Assembly (NCBI GenBank): GCA_041394905.1
Contig: JAWKHJ010000013.1
Coordinates: forward strand, 49,306 to 113,305
Origin: Bryobacterales bacterium
GTDB lineage: Bacteria; Acidobacteriota; Terriglobia; Bryobacterales; UBA6623
DNA length: 64,000 nucleotides
Direction of reading: 5' to 3'
The notes beneath the pieces were generated by a model. The model ran no database searches. It was not told the origin of the DNA and saw nothing but the letters and a program-made list of their open reading frames with translations. The position numbers were made by a program, and so were the translations under genes. Each line of letters opens with the position of its first letter. Position 1 is the stretch's first letter. Positions 10,313-20,729 of this stretch are shown here, in pieces.

Positions 10313-10527
10313 CACCTGGTCTCAGAGAGCGTCGAGCACAGCAGCGATTCGCCGCAAGCGAGAGCATGCGAGCCCCTGAACGGGGGCGGCGCAGCAACAG
10401 CCCCGCATGGAATACGGGTAAGAAGGGGGCGAACTGGCTGTCCCGTACGCGGGCTTCGCCCGTCTGATTTGTACCGCGCTCCTACGGGGCGCAATCGGAC
10501 AGAGGCTCGTCTTTCAGGAGGGCGGTG
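10313..10527 (+). ncRNA. candidate structured ncRNA (rod-like closing stem, 6S-like architecture), family unassigned
   Basis: Colinear long-range helices are visible. These are 10313-16/10524-27 (cacc/ggtg), 10321-23/10518-20 (ctc/gag), 10325-29/10511-15 (gagag/ctttc with one G-U), 10333-37/10505-09 (cgagc/gctcg) and 10345-53/10488-97 (cgattcgcc/ggcgcaatcg with one bulge). There are also internal hairpins such as gcccc-tgaac-ggggc. No credible ORF on either strand. Confidence 0.3.
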
Positions 10528-10537
10528 GAAGTGTAAA

Positions 10538-10614
10538 TGGTCGGGCCGCCGAGATTTGAACTCGGGACCTCTTCCACCCCAAGGAAGCGCGCTACCAGGC
10601 TGCGCTACGGCCCG
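10538..10614 (-). tRNA. tRNA-Pro (anticodon GGG)
   Basis: The minus strand reads CGGGCCG TA GCGC AGCCTGGTA GCGC G CTTCC TTGGGGT GGAAG AGGTC CCGAG TTCAAAT CTCGG CGGCCCG A CCA. This is 77 nt with a full cloverleaf, G37 and an encoded CCA. Confidence 0.9.
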
Positions 10615-10725
10615 ACTTCTGCCATTGTACCTTGAAGAGAGAAGTTCGCGCCCAGGTGAACTTTTTGCCGTGCGACCGCGTCTTTCCGATTTGCGCCCGC
10701 TCTCTGGAACTGTTTGCTACCAAAC

Positions 10726-11565
10726 ATGCCGTGTGATATTGTTTTGAAGTGCGTCCGGTTGACGGCGCTCTGCGGGTGTCTTGCCTTAGCGGGTCAGGCG
10801 CTGGCTGAAGTGACCGTTCTCCGGGAGGAAGGCGAAACTTGGGTGATTGCCCGGGAGACGCCGGCTCTCGACGACCTTCCGCGAAAGCAGTCTGTCGTTA
10901 CGCGGCGTTACCAGATTCGTGAAGACCCCCAAAGCGGGCGACTCGTTCGAGTCGCGCGTGTGGCGGGGAGATCGGAGCGGATTGTGAGAGCGCAAGCGGA
11001 TGCGGCCGGTTTGGGACAAACGGTTGTCCAAGGCGGGTCGGCGGACACGGGGTCGGTGAACGGCTCCGGGAAAGTTGACCTAGACGTCCTGATTCGGCGG
11101 CTGAGCGAGCGCTACGAGTTGGCTCCGGAGCTTGTCCGGGCCGTGATTCGGCAAGAGAGTGCATTCGATCCATTCGCGGTTTCCGTCAAAGGAGCGCAGG
11201 GGTTGATGCAGTTGATGCCGGAGACGGCTCGGCGTTTTGGGGTGCAGGATGTTTTCGATCCCGCCGAGAACGTCCTTGGAGGCGTAAAATACCTCCGGCT
11301 TTTGTTGGACCGTTATGAAGGTGACACACGGCTCGCGCTGGCAGCTTATAATGCCGGCGAGGGAGCGGTGGACCGGTATAAGGGGGTTCCACCCTACGCC
11401 GAGACCCGCGACTACGTGCAGCGCATCACCGGAAGCGAGCGGTCCGTGGACGAAATCGCCGCAGGCGGCGAAGTGAAACCGTCCGAGATGGCAGGGGGCG
11501 CAACGCGCATCACCTCCACCTTGGGCGACGATGGCTCGATTCGGTTCGAGCTCGAGCGCGAGTAA
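10726..11565 (+). CDS. lytic murein transglycosylase (SLT domain), secreted
   Basis: VIRQESAFDPFAVSVKGAQGLMQLMPETARRFG and LALAAYNAGEGAVDRY motifs. N-terminal signal MPCDIVLKCVRLTALCGCLALAGQALA from ATG 10726 (ORF track starts at TTG 10714). Confidence 0.85.
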   Translation: MPCDIVLKCVRLTALCGCLALAGQALAEVTVLREEGETWVIARETPALDDLPRKQSVVTRRYQIREDPQSGRLVRVARVAGRSERIVRAQADAAGLGQTVVQGGSADTGSVNGSGKVDLDVLIRRLSERYELAPELVRAVIRQESAFDPFAVSVKGAQGLMQLMPETARRFGVQDVFDPAENVLGGVKYLRLLLDRYEGDTRLALAAYNAGEGAVDRYKGVPPYAETRDYVQRITGSERSVDEIAAGGEVKPSEMAGGATRITSTLGDDGSIRFELERE

Positions 11566-11605
11566 GCGGCACGGACGCAGACTCGCGACTCGTCTAGGCG
11601 GGAAC

Positions 11606-13681
11606 GTGAGAAGGATCGTCTTTCGAACGGGTGTGATGGTCCTGCTGGCCGGGTGCCTGGCTGGGCTTGTCGCCAAAAGTTCGCGCGAAGTCGCCGGCGA
11701 GCGCTATCGGCATGCCCGCGTCTTGCTCGACGACCTCTCGGCCGTCCCGAGCGACGAACTGGGTCAAAAGCAATACCTCCTCGTCATCGACGCCCTGAAA
11801 TCCGTCCATCGCGCCAGCCCCGCAAGCTCGTATTGCGACGATGCCTTGTTGGCGGTGGGCGATGTCTACGCGGCGATGGTGACCCGATTCGGGGCTGACC
11901 CGTGGCGCCGCAAAGCCGTCGAGGCCTACAACTACGTCATCGAACAGTATCCGCACAGTCATCTGTTAGACAAGGCGCGTGCGGCGATAGCCGAGCTCGA
12001 TTCTGGGCGCGGCGCATCTCTGGCGCAAGCGCGCCGGGATCCCGAACCTGAAGATGAAGACGAGGAGGCCGAACAGGCCGAGCAGGCGCAAGTGGCCGAG
12101 CTGGCTCCGGCAGAGCGCGCCCCCACGGCGCCTGTTCGCGTCTCACCCGCGCGCATTTCGCCTGCCGAGGCGATTGTCAGCCCTGTCTCGCACTTGACCG
12201 GCGCTCCAGACGACGCGGGCAAGAGCCACGCCGAGCCTGCTCCAGGGCGGATGAAATCCGGCACGGTGACGATCAGCGCCGTACGCCACTACACGCACGA
12301 CGACTTCACGCGCATCGTCATCGACGCGGACGACTACGCCCCCTACAAATTCGACTTCCTCTCGCGGCCCAGCCGCATGTATTTCGATCTCTTCTCCGCG
12401 AAGCTCGGCTCAGACATTCGCCTCGGCGTCGAGATCGAAGTAAACGACACACGGATCAAGCGCATCCGCGCCGCGCAGAACCGCGCGAACAAGACTCGCG
12501 TCGTGCTCGACCTGACCACGGACGTCTTCTACGAAATCGCTTGGATTGCCGACCCGCCGCGGCTGGTGATCGACCTTCGGGAGGAGAAGCCCGGCGCAAC
12601 GCCGCCGATGACTCTGACGAAGGCGGCCGACGCGCCGACGCCGGTCCCTGCTCCCACTGCGGCGGAGCCTGCGCCGGTCCGGACGCAAGCGGTGGCGAAG
12701 CTCGAGCCGCAACAACCGGATAGCTTCGAAGACGCCTTCCGCGCCCTCACCAAAGACGGAGCGCCTAAGCGCGCGTCCGCCGACAGCGAGGCGGAGCCCA
12801 AGCCTGCTCCCGAGCCCGAACGCGAACCTGCCCCGGCCGCCGAGGCCGAAGTCCACTTGGCGAAGGCGACTTCACCTTCGCCGGAGGATTTGGCCCCGCC
12901 GCGACCGGCTGAAGCCACTTCGCGCGGCAGTCAGAGCTTGATTCGCGCACTTGGCCTGAAGATCGGCCGTGTCGTCATCGACGCCGGCCACGGCGGCCAT
13001 GATCCGGGCAACATCGGGCCGACGGGCCTACAGGAAAAAGACGTCGTGCTGGACGTGGCCATGCGGCTGGGCAAGTTGATCGAGTCCAAGCTTGGGGCCG
13101 AGGTGCTCTACACCCGGCAGGACGACCGCTTTCTCGAGCTGAGCCAGCGCCCCAAAGTGGCCAATGACTCCGGCGCCGACCTGTTTATTTCGGTCCACGC
13201 CAATGCCTATTCCGGCGCGAGCGTACGCGGCATCGAGACGTTCTACCTCAACTTCACGACCGATCCGTGGGCGTTGAAGGTGGCCTCGCGTGAAAATGCG
13301 GCGTCCGATCACAGCGTCCATGAACTTCAGGACCTGCTTGGCAAGATCGCGCTCAAGGAAAAGATCGACGAGTCCCGCGAGTTCGCGCTCAAGATGCAAG
13401 GCGCGCTCTATGGCGGGCTCTCCAAAGAGACCTCCGGGCTGCGCAATCGCGGCGTGCGCCAGGCTCCGTTGATCGTGTTGATCGGCGCGAAGATGCCGGC
13501 GATTCTGGCCGAGATCGGCTTCTTGAGCAACCCGACGGACGAGAAGCTTTTCAAATCCAGCGCTTATCGCGCGAAGGTGGCCGAGAAGTTGTTTGACGGC
13601 ATCGAGGGCTATGTGAACACGCTGAGCTCGCACTCGCTCACGATGACCGAGAAAGGTTCGGCGTCCGCGTCGCTCGACTAG
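11606..13681 (+). CDS. N-acetylmuramoyl-L-alanine amidase (Amidase_3, AmiC-like) with N-terminal TPR-like and AMIN-like regions and a Pro/Ala-rich linker
   Basis: VVIDAGHGGHDPGNIGPTG..DLFISVHANA..ETFYLN..GFLSNP catalytic-domain motifs. GTG 11606 (VRRIVFRTGVMVLLAGCLAG) lies just after the upstream stop. The ORF track starts at 11531, overlapping the previous gene. Confidence 0.85.
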   Translation: MRRIVFRTGVMVLLAGCLAGLVAKSSREVAGERYRHARVLLDDLSAVPSDELGQKQYLLVIDALKSVHRASPASSYCDDALLAVGDVYAAMVTRFGADPWRRKAVEAYNYVIEQYPHSHLLDKARAAIAELDSGRGASLAQARRDPEPEDEDEEAEQAEQAQVAELAPAERAPTAPVRVSPARISPAEAIVSPVSHLTGAPDDAGKSHAEPAPGRMKSGTVTISAVRHYTHDDFTRIVIDADDYAPYKFDFLSRPSRMYFDLFSAKLGSDIRLGVEIEVNDTRIKRIRAAQNRANKTRVVLDLTTDVFYEIAWIADPPRLVIDLREEKPGATPPMTLTKAADAPTPVPAPTAAEPAPVRTQAVAKLEPQQPDSFEDAFRALTKDGAPKRASADSEAEPKPAPEPEREPAPAAEAEVHLAKATSPSPEDLAPPRPAEATSRGSQSLIRALGLKIGRVVIDAGHGGHDPGNIGPTGLQEKDVVLDVAMRLGKLIESKLGAEVLYTRQDDRFLELSQRPKVANDSGADLFISVHANAYSGASVRGIETFYLNFTTDPWALKVASRENAASDHSVHELQDLLGKIALKEKIDESREFALKMQGALYGGLSKETSGLRNRGVRQAPLIVLIGAKMPAILAEIGFLSNPTDEKLFKSSAYRAKVAEKLFDGIEGYVNTLSSHSLTMTEKGSASASLD

Positions 13682-13748
13682 CGGGCGCCTCGGACGCATT
13701 TGGCCTTCGCTCGCTTTTTGAGCGAGGGTTTGTTTGCGCGGAGACTCA

Positions 13749-16541
13749 ATGTCCGACTGGAAATCGTACCTACCCCCAATTCTTTTCGTTTTTTTTATTG
13801 CTCTCTTGCCCACACACCTGCCGCGCCACGCGAACCGGCGCGCAAACCCAACGGCGGCCCCGCTTTCGAGCGTCAGGCCGCCGTTGCTCTTCCAGGCCAA
13901 CCGCGGTCAGGCGCCTTCGCAGAACAAGCTGCTCGCGCGCGGCGCCGGCTACTCGTTGATGCTGACCGACCAGCACGCCACGCTCGCCTTGCGCGGCGGC
14001 GCGGCGGTGCGTATGCGCTGGCTGGGCGCGAACCCTTCCGCGACCGTAGAGGCGAATGCGCCGGTCCAGGCGCGAACGCACTATTTGAAAGGCTCGCAGG
14101 CGGATTGGATCACCGGCGTCGAGAACTTTGAGCGTGCTGTTTACCATGATGTCTACCCGGCCACGGATTTGCTCTTCCACGGCGCTCGCGGCGGCCTCGA
14201 GTATGACTTCCGGCTGCGCCCCGGCGCGGATCCGCTTGCTGTAAAGCTGCAGTTTGAGGGCGTCGATCGGTTTGAGATCGCTAAAAACGGCGACCTGATC
14301 CTCCACGTGGGCGACGCTGAGCTCGTGCAGCGCAAGCCCGTCGCTTGGCAAGACGGTCCCCACGGTCGCGAGCTTGTCCAGGCGCGCTTCCGCCCACTGG
14401 GTCAGGGGCGTTTCGGCTTTGATCTTGGCCGCTACGACCGCAGCCGCACGCTGATCGTCGATCCCTTCATCGACTATGCCACTTACCTGGGCAAGGGTGA
14501 TGTGGACGTGTTGAGCGATGTCGCCGTCGATTCGGCCGGTAATGCCTACGTGGTCGGCTATACGGCGTCGAGCGATTTTCCGGTCAACGTGGGCGACCAG
14601 AGCCAGGGCGGACAAGAAGACGCCTTCCTGGCGAAGCTCTCACCGGATGGCGTCACCCTGATCTACGCGACCTTCATCGGCGGGGGAGACCTCGACCGCG
14701 CCTGGGGCGTTGCCGTGAACGATGCAGGCGAAGCATTTGTCGTCGGAGAGACGCGTTCTGATGATTTCCCGACCAGCGTGAACGCGTTTCTGCAGCGCTT
14801 CGGCGGCGGAGCGCGTGATGGCTTCGCCGTTAAGGTGAGCGCGTCGGGATCGAGCCTGGCCTGGTCGACCTACTTGGGCGATACCGATGACGACTGGGCC
14901 AATGGCGTCGCGATCGACGAGCAGGGATCTGCGTACGTTTGCGGCGGCACTTGGTCGAGCCGATTCCCAACCACGGCCGGCGTGGTGCAAGAGGGTTTTG
15001 GCGGAGACGATTCTGACGCGTTTGTCATCAAGCTCGACCCAATGGGTTCGCGGGCCGAGTTTTCCACCTTCTTGGGCGGCAGCCGCGACGACGAAGCGCG
15101 CTCCATCGCCCTGGGGCCTGCGGGGGACGTCTACGTCACCGGCTTTACAAGATCGAACAACTTTCCCCTTTCGGCTGGGGCCTTTCAATCTTCCCGCAGC
15201 GGCGGCGAGGACGCCTTTGTCTCCAAGCTCAACCCGACCGGCTCGCGCTTTGGTTTTTCCACGTTGCTGGGCGGCGGCGAGTCCGACTACGGTAACGCCA
15301 TTGCGGTCGACCTGTTCGGCGACGTCTATGTGGCCGGCTCGACGGCCTCGGACAACTTCCCCACACGCACGCCGGGGCTGTATCCGAACTATGCGGGCGG
15401 CATTGATGCCTTCGTTACCAAGTTCGATACTAGCGGTGGCACGCCCTTGTACTCCACCTACCTCGGAGGCCGGCGCGAGGATGTGGCCAACGGGGTCGCC
15501 GTCGACCCGAACGGCTTCGTCTCCGTCGTCGGTCATACCAAGTCCGAGGACTTTCCTGTCTCCGACGCGAACGTGATCCAGGGGCAGCGCGCCGACGAGA
15601 GCGGCGATGGGTTCTGGTCCAGGCTGAGCGAAGACGGCCGCTATCTGCTCGATTCGACCTACCTCGGCGGCGACCGGCTTGACGAAGCGCGCGCGGTCGC
15701 ACTGGGCGACAACGGGTCAGTTTACGTTGGCGGCCGGACGCTGTCGAACAATTTGGCTGTCACGACGGGATCTTATCAGCAGAAGCGCAGTGGCGAGGAC
15801 GATGGGTTCTTGTTCCGCATCGTCGACAATCTGCAGATCGCAACCACTTCGGCCGCGAGCTATTCCGCGACCGCGCCTGTCGCGCCGGAGTCGATCGCTT
15901 CCGCGTTCGGCCGTGGATTAGCGACCGTCACGCAGGCGGCTACGAGCACGCCTTTGCCTGCGCAGATCGGCGGTACGCGCGTTGTGGTCACCGATGCGGC
16001 TGGGTTCGACCGCACCGCGGCTTTGTTCTTCGTCTCGCCGACGCAACTCAATTTCGAGGTGCCTCCCGGGACAGCGGCCGGACTTGCGCAGGTCACCGTG
16101 TTTCTCAATGGCAGTGAAATCGCGCGCGGAACGGTCCGCGTGCGGACAGCGTCGCCCAGTTTGTTCTCGGCAAATGCGACCGGGCTCGGGGCCGCCGCCG
16201 CGCAGATCGCCCAAGCTGAGGGCGGCCAGACCACGACCACATTGGCCTTCACTACCGGGCCGATCGGCCAGCGCGTGGCGATCCCCATCGACCTGGGTGG
16301 ACCGGCGCGCGAATCCGTGCTGATCCTCTATGGAACCGGCATCCGCGGACGCCGCTCGATCGAGGTTTTGGTCGACGGAGAGCCGCAGTTGGTGCTCTTC
16401 GACGGCGCGCAGAGCCAGTTCATCGGGCTCGATCAGGTGAACGTCCAGTTGAGCCGCACGCTCGCTGGGGCGGGGCTGGTGGACGTTGTCGTGCTCGTCG
16501 ACGGCTTCCCGTCGAACGTGGTGCAGGTGTTCATCCAGTAA
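13749..16541 (+). CDS. large secreted beta-propeller-repeat (SBBP-like) protein with TIGR03437-type (Solibacter) C-terminal domain
   Basis: Repeated units of the form D.A.GVAVD..G..YV.G.T.S.DFP.. occur about 8 times. The C-terminus reads SAASYSATAPVAPESIASAFGRGLA..GGTRVVVTD..FFVSPTQLNFEVPPG..ASPSLFS..ILYGTGIRG. The N-terminus has a TM/signal segment. Confidence 0.75.
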   Translation: MSDWKSYLPPILFVFFIALLPTHLPRHANRRANPTAAPLSSVRPPLLFQANRGQAPSQNKLLARGAGYSLMLTDQHATLALRGGAAVRMRWLGANPSATVEANAPVQARTHYLKGSQADWITGVENFERAVYHDVYPATDLLFHGARGGLEYDFRLRPGADPLAVKLQFEGVDRFEIAKNGDLILHVGDAELVQRKPVAWQDGPHGRELVQARFRPLGQGRFGFDLGRYDRSRTLIVDPFIDYATYLGKGDVDVLSDVAVDSAGNAYVVGYTASSDFPVNVGDQSQGGQEDAFLAKLSPDGVTLIYATFIGGGDLDRAWGVAVNDAGEAFVVGETRSDDFPTSVNAFLQRFGGGARDGFAVKVSASGSSLAWSTYLGDTDDDWANGVAIDEQGSAYVCGGTWSSRFPTTAGVVQEGFGGDDSDAFVIKLDPMGSRAEFSTFLGGSRDDEARSIALGPAGDVYVTGFTRSNNFPLSAGAFQSSRSGGEDAFVSKLNPTGSRFGFSTLLGGGESDYGNAIAVDLFGDVYVAGSTASDNFPTRTPGLYPNYAGGIDAFVTKFDTSGGTPLYSTYLGGRREDVANGVAVDPNGFVSVVGHTKSEDFPVSDANVIQGQRADESGDGFWSRLSEDGRYLLDSTYLGGDRLDEARAVALGDNGSVYVGGRTLSNNLAVTTGSYQQKRSGEDDGFLFRIVDNLQIATTSAASYSATAPVAPESIASAFGRGLATVTQAATSTPLPAQIGGTRVVVTDAAGFDRTAALFFVSPTQLNFEVPPGTAAGLAQVTVFLNGSEIARGTVRVRTASPSLFSANATGLGAAAAQIAQAEGGQTTTTLAFTTGPIGQRVAIPIDLGGPARESVLILYGTGIRGRRSIEVLVDGEPQLVLFDGAQSQFIGLDQVNVQLSRTLAGAGLVDVVVLVDGFPSNVVQVFIQ

Positions 16542-16547
16542 CAAACG

Positions 16548-16568
16548 GCCCCGGTAGACAACCGGGGC
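16548..16568. terminator. hairpin between convergent genes (GCCCCGG-tagacaa-CCGGGGC)
   Basis: 7-bp GC stem located between the stop at 16541 (+) and the stop at 16577 (-). No clear U-tract. Confidence 0.45.
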
Positions 16569-16576
16569 TGCGGGGA

Positions 16577-17948
16577 TCACGTCAAGATTTCCTCTACTAC
16601 CCGTCCGTGGACGTCCGTCAGGCGGAAGTCGCGGCCGGAGTAGCGGTAGGTGAGCTTGGTGTGGTCCAAACCGAGGATGTGCAGCATCGTGGCATGTAGG
16701 TCGTGCAGGTGGACCTTGCCTTCGACCGCCGCGCCCGTGGCGTCACATTGACCGTGGCGAATGCCGCCCTTCACCCCGCCGCCGGCGAGCCACATGGTGT
16801 ACCCGCGGTTGTTGTGCGCGCGTCCGTCGCCTTGGTTGTTCTGCTCGTAGCTGGTGCGGCCGAACTCGCCGCCCCAAACGAAGAGCGTGTCGTCGAAGAG
16901 CCCACGCTGCTTCATGTCGGTCAGCAAGGCCGCGATCGGCTTGTCGATGGCGGTGGCGTTCTCGAGGATCTTCTTGCGTAACTGTTGGTGCTGGTCCCAG
17001 CCGTTCTTGCCGAGCCTCGATGAAGCGTACGCCGGACTCAGCCATGCGCCGCGCCAGAAGGCATTGCGTGCCGAACTCCTGGGTGGCCGGGTCGTTCAAG
17101 CCGTACATCTCGCGCGTGGCGTCGCTCTCCTGGCTTAGGTCCATCAGCTCGGGCACGGACGACTGCATGCGGAAGGCGAGCTCGTAGGATTGGATGACGC
17201 CTTCGACCTGGTTGTCGACCTTGGAGCGCTCGAGCATCTCCTGATTCATCTCTTGGATGAAGTCGAGCTCGGCGCGTTGCGCTTGAGAGCTGAGACGCGC
17301 GTTGCGGATGTTCTCGATCGGGTCCTTGCCCTTCTCGATCGTGATGCGCGTGCCCTGGTAGCTAGCCGGCAGGAAGGCTGAGCCGTAGTTGAGCGCGCCG
17401 CCGACCGGAGGCGGGTTCATCGTGATGAAGCCGGGCAGGTCCTGATTTTCCGTACCTAGACCATAAAGCGCCCAGGCGCCCATTGAGGGGCGCACGAAGG
17501 TGATGTTGCCGCAATGCGTGAAGATGGAGGCCTGTGGATGCGCCGGCGTGTCGGTGACCATGCCGTTGAGCAGGCACAGGCTGTCGGCATGCTTGCCCAG
17601 GTGCGGGAAGACTTCCGAGATGGGCAGGCCGCTTTCGCCATGGCGTTTGTACTGATAGACCGGCGCGAGCACTTTGCCCTTACGCTTGTTGCCGTTGACC
17701 TCGGACTCCGCCGTGGCGCCGGCCGCCGCGACGATCTCTTCGTTGTAGTCGAAGGTTTCGTGCTGGCTGGGGGCGCCCTGCATGAACAGGAAGATCACAC
17801 GTTTGGCGCGCGGGGCGAAGTGCGGCTGCTTGACGGTGAGCGGATTCTCGAATCCCGCCGTGGAGGCCGCGTTGGCCATGCTCGCAAAGGCAAGCGCGCC
17901 GAACCCGCAGGCCGTGCTCTCCAGGAATTTGCGGCGTGAATACGACAT
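16577..17948 (-). pseudogene. DUF1501 family protein (sulfatase/phosphatase-like fold, Tat-type signal), one frame change near 17008-17020
   Basis: ORF 16743..17948 starts MSYSRRKFLESTACGFGALAFASMANA. ORF 16577..16927 holds the C-terminus ([28 protein letters not shown]). A bridging frame reads [37 protein letters not shown]. Confidence 0.85.
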
Positions 17949-17972
17949 GACGGTCCCCTTTATCCCCTCTTG

Positions 17973-20459
17973 CTAACCCCTGTAGCGAAACTCCGCGCTG
18001 TTGAGCAGCGCATGGTAAAGCCTGGCCCACGCGGCTTGGCGCGCGTTGGCTGGCATGGGCGTCTGTGCGGCTTGTTTGCGCGCCTTGGCCCGGCGCGCCT
18101 TGCGCACTCGCGGTCCTTCGTCAGTGGCGGGTGGCTCGTAGCTTGCTGCGGCAGCCTTGACGAAGCGCAACGCGCTGTCGAGCTCCTTCGTCGTCGGTTC
18201 GCGCGAAAGGGTCTGCAAATACGCACGGCGCACGCGGTCGCGGGCCGACGTCTCACGCGCCATTAAGCGCTCCGCCGCCACCAGCGTGTTACGTGCCACG
18301 AACTCGTTATTCATTAGGAACAGCGCTTGCGGCTTCACCGTGGTCACCTCGCGCGCCCCGTGAGTTTCGCTCGGCTCGGGGAAGTCGAACGTCTCGTAGA
18401 AACGGTTGACCATGTTGCGCACCACCGGCACGTACACGCTGCGCAGGGTCGACTCGGTCTCCCAGGGCTCCACTTGCCGATTGTTGAGCTGCACCAGCTT
18501 GTTGCGGTTGAACTCGTAGACGGGCGACGCTTCAGGCCGCGCCAGACTCAGCTCGCCGCTGACCGCGAGCACGGCGTCGCGCAAGGCCTCGGCCTCGAGC
18601 CGGCGGCGGTTGGCGCGCCAGTAGTAGTCGTTGTTCGGCTCGATCTCGAAGCTCTTCGCGTCGAAATCGGTGGAGAGTTGGTACGCGCGGCTCAGGGCGA
18701 CTTCGCGGATGAGCGACTTGACCGACCAGCCGCTCTCCATCAGGCGGACGGCGAGGTAGTCCAGCAGTTCAGGGTGGGTCGGCGCCTCGCCCATCTTGCC
18801 GAAGTTGTCGACGGTCTTGACGATGCCACGGCCAAACAGGTGATGCCAGACGCGATTCGCCATCACGCGCGCCGTCAGCGGGTTGTCCTCGCGCGTCAGC
18901 CACTCAGCCAATTGCAGCCGGCCGCTGGCCTTGCGCGGGATGGCTGGAACTTCGGCGTCCGGTGCGTAGACCGCTTGGACAAAACCGCGCGGCGCTTCGT
19001 CACCAAGCTCGTGCGGATCGCCGCCGATGTTGACGCGGCAGGTCTGCGGCCGGCGCGCCTCAGCCACACCCATGGCCAAGTTGCGCGGGATCGGCAGCTT
19101 GTCCAGCTCCCCGGCGATGCGGCGCACTTCGGTGCGGTTGCGGTCTTTTTCGGCCTGCGCGAGTTCCTCCCACAGCGCGGCGCGCTTGGCGTTGAGCTCG
19201 TCAGCGTCCTGGCCCTCATACGCGGGCAGACCTTCGAGCTCGATCAGTTGCTCGCGGTGAAAGTAGACGGCATTGAAGATGGGCCTCTGGCGCATGCCGG
19301 CCATCAGCTCAGTTGAGCGGAAAATGCCGGCCATGGCGTAATAGTCTTTCGTCGGGATGGGGTCGAACTTGTGGTCGTGGCAACGGGCGCAACCCACGGT
19401 CAGAGCCAGCACGCTGCGCGTGGTGACGTTGATCATCTCGTCCGCCACATCCATCGGGAAGAGCTTGCGATCGGGCTCGTTCAGATCGTGCGCGCCGAGC
19501 GCGAGAAAGCCGGTGGCGATCACCTGCTCGCGGTGTTGCGCGGCATCTGAGTAGGCAGCAGGTCGCCGGCGATCTGTTCGCGGATGAACTGGTCGAGGGG
19601 CTTGTCCGCGTTGAACGAGTCGATCACGTAGTCGCGGTAGCGCCGCGGCGAGCGGGAAGGGGGCGTTGCGCGTACGGCCGATTGTCTCGGCATAGCGCGC
19701 CACGTCGAACCAATGCCGCCCCCAGCGCTCGCCGAATTGCGGCGACGCCAGCAGGCGGTCAACGACCTTGGCAAAAGCCTCTTGTGTTGGCGCCGGATCG
19801 TTGACGAAGGCTTCGAGGTCTTCGACGCTTGGCGGCAGGCCGGTCAGGTCGAAGCTTACTCGCCGCAGTAGCGCCCCCCGGTCGGCGTCGGCGACCGGAT
19901 GGAGACCTTTTTCTTCGAGCTTGGCCAACACAAAGCGGTCGATGGCTCCGCGCGGCCAGTCCTTCTGCTGGACTTTGGGCGGCTTTGCAGACTTCGGGGC
20001 TTGAAAGGCCCAAAATGCGCGTCCCTTTTCGACGTCGATCGTCGACGCGGCCTGCGTCTTGCCCTCGCGCGGATCCGGCGCGCCCATCTCGATCCAGCGC
20101 GCAAAGTCCGCGATGACTTCCTCGGAGAGCTTGCCCTGCGGCGGCATCTTGAGCTTGCCGTCCTGCCGCAGCGCCTGCATCAGCAGTGAGCCCTCGGGGT
20201 CTCCCGGCACGATCGCTTCGCCGCGCGCGCCGCCGGAGAGCAGGCCGTGCTTGGTATCGACCGAAAGACCGCCCATGCGCGTCTTGTATTTGGCTGAGTG
20301 GCAGCCGTAGCAGTTCTTGGCGAGCGCAGGCCGGATCTTTGATTCGAACAGCTCGCGCTGCTCTTGGGTTAGCGTGTCGGCGGCGAAGGTGGGAGGGAGC
20401 GACAGCCCACCCGCCAGGACGACCGCGAGCCAAATGGGCGACAGTCTACGGGAGGTCAT
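17973..20459 (-). pseudogene. PSCyt1/DUF1549/DUF1553 protein (planctomycete-type cytochrome c domain), two nearby frame changes (near 19550-19560 and 19650-19662)
   Basis: Likely start MTSRRLSPIWLAVVLAGG at 20459. CYGCHS heme motif. The 862-aa ORF stays open, but the DUF1549 signature ([30 protein letters not shown]) is only readable in ORF 19520..19774. This implies a shift out of frame and back. Confidence 0.85.
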
Positions 20460-20729
20460 CTCTCTTCCTGGAGGATCAAAAATCCGTGTCAAGGTTAGCA
20501 GGAGAACAACTGGCTGTAAAGCATGGATGTATCTCCTCTGTAGTGCGGCTCTGGTTTCCATATGAGCCCTTTCGCACTAGCTCTCCGAAATTCCTTTGAA
20601 GGCGTTCATTTTTTCAATCTCTTTCCTCCTTAACTGGAGTACTCTATCCGCGCGGGTTTTTTTGTGGGGTTACACATCCGGGGCCCGCACCTGTAAATCC
20701 AAGCAAAGCGCTCTGAGGGAGGTATCCTC

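Noticed and set aside
10260-10537. Tested whether the gap next to tRNA-Pro is SRP RNA, RNase P RNA or tmRNA.
   Set aside because: I could not find the invariant elements on either strand. Missing are the SRP GGAA tetraloop/AGCAGC motif, the RNase P GAGGAAAGUCC and ACAGAACCCGGCUUA motifs, and the tmRNA tRNA-like 3' end or tag ORF. It is kept only as an unassigned structured-RNA candidate.
10538-10614. tRNA-Pro as an integration hotspot or genomic island boundary.
   Set aside because: There is no integrase, no direct repeat of the tRNA 3' end, and no phage or IS genes on either side. The flanking genes are ordinary envelope genes.
20562-20729. Possible cobalamin or other riboswitch upstream of the TonB-dependent receptor. 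Also a 10-codon mini-ORF on the minus strand after an AAGGAGG.
   Set aside because: No B12-box (GCCACUG-like) or other riboswitch core is visible. The mini-ORF lies 15 nt from the Shine-Dalgarno-like sequence and has no supporting features. I treat the region as a divergent promoter region only.
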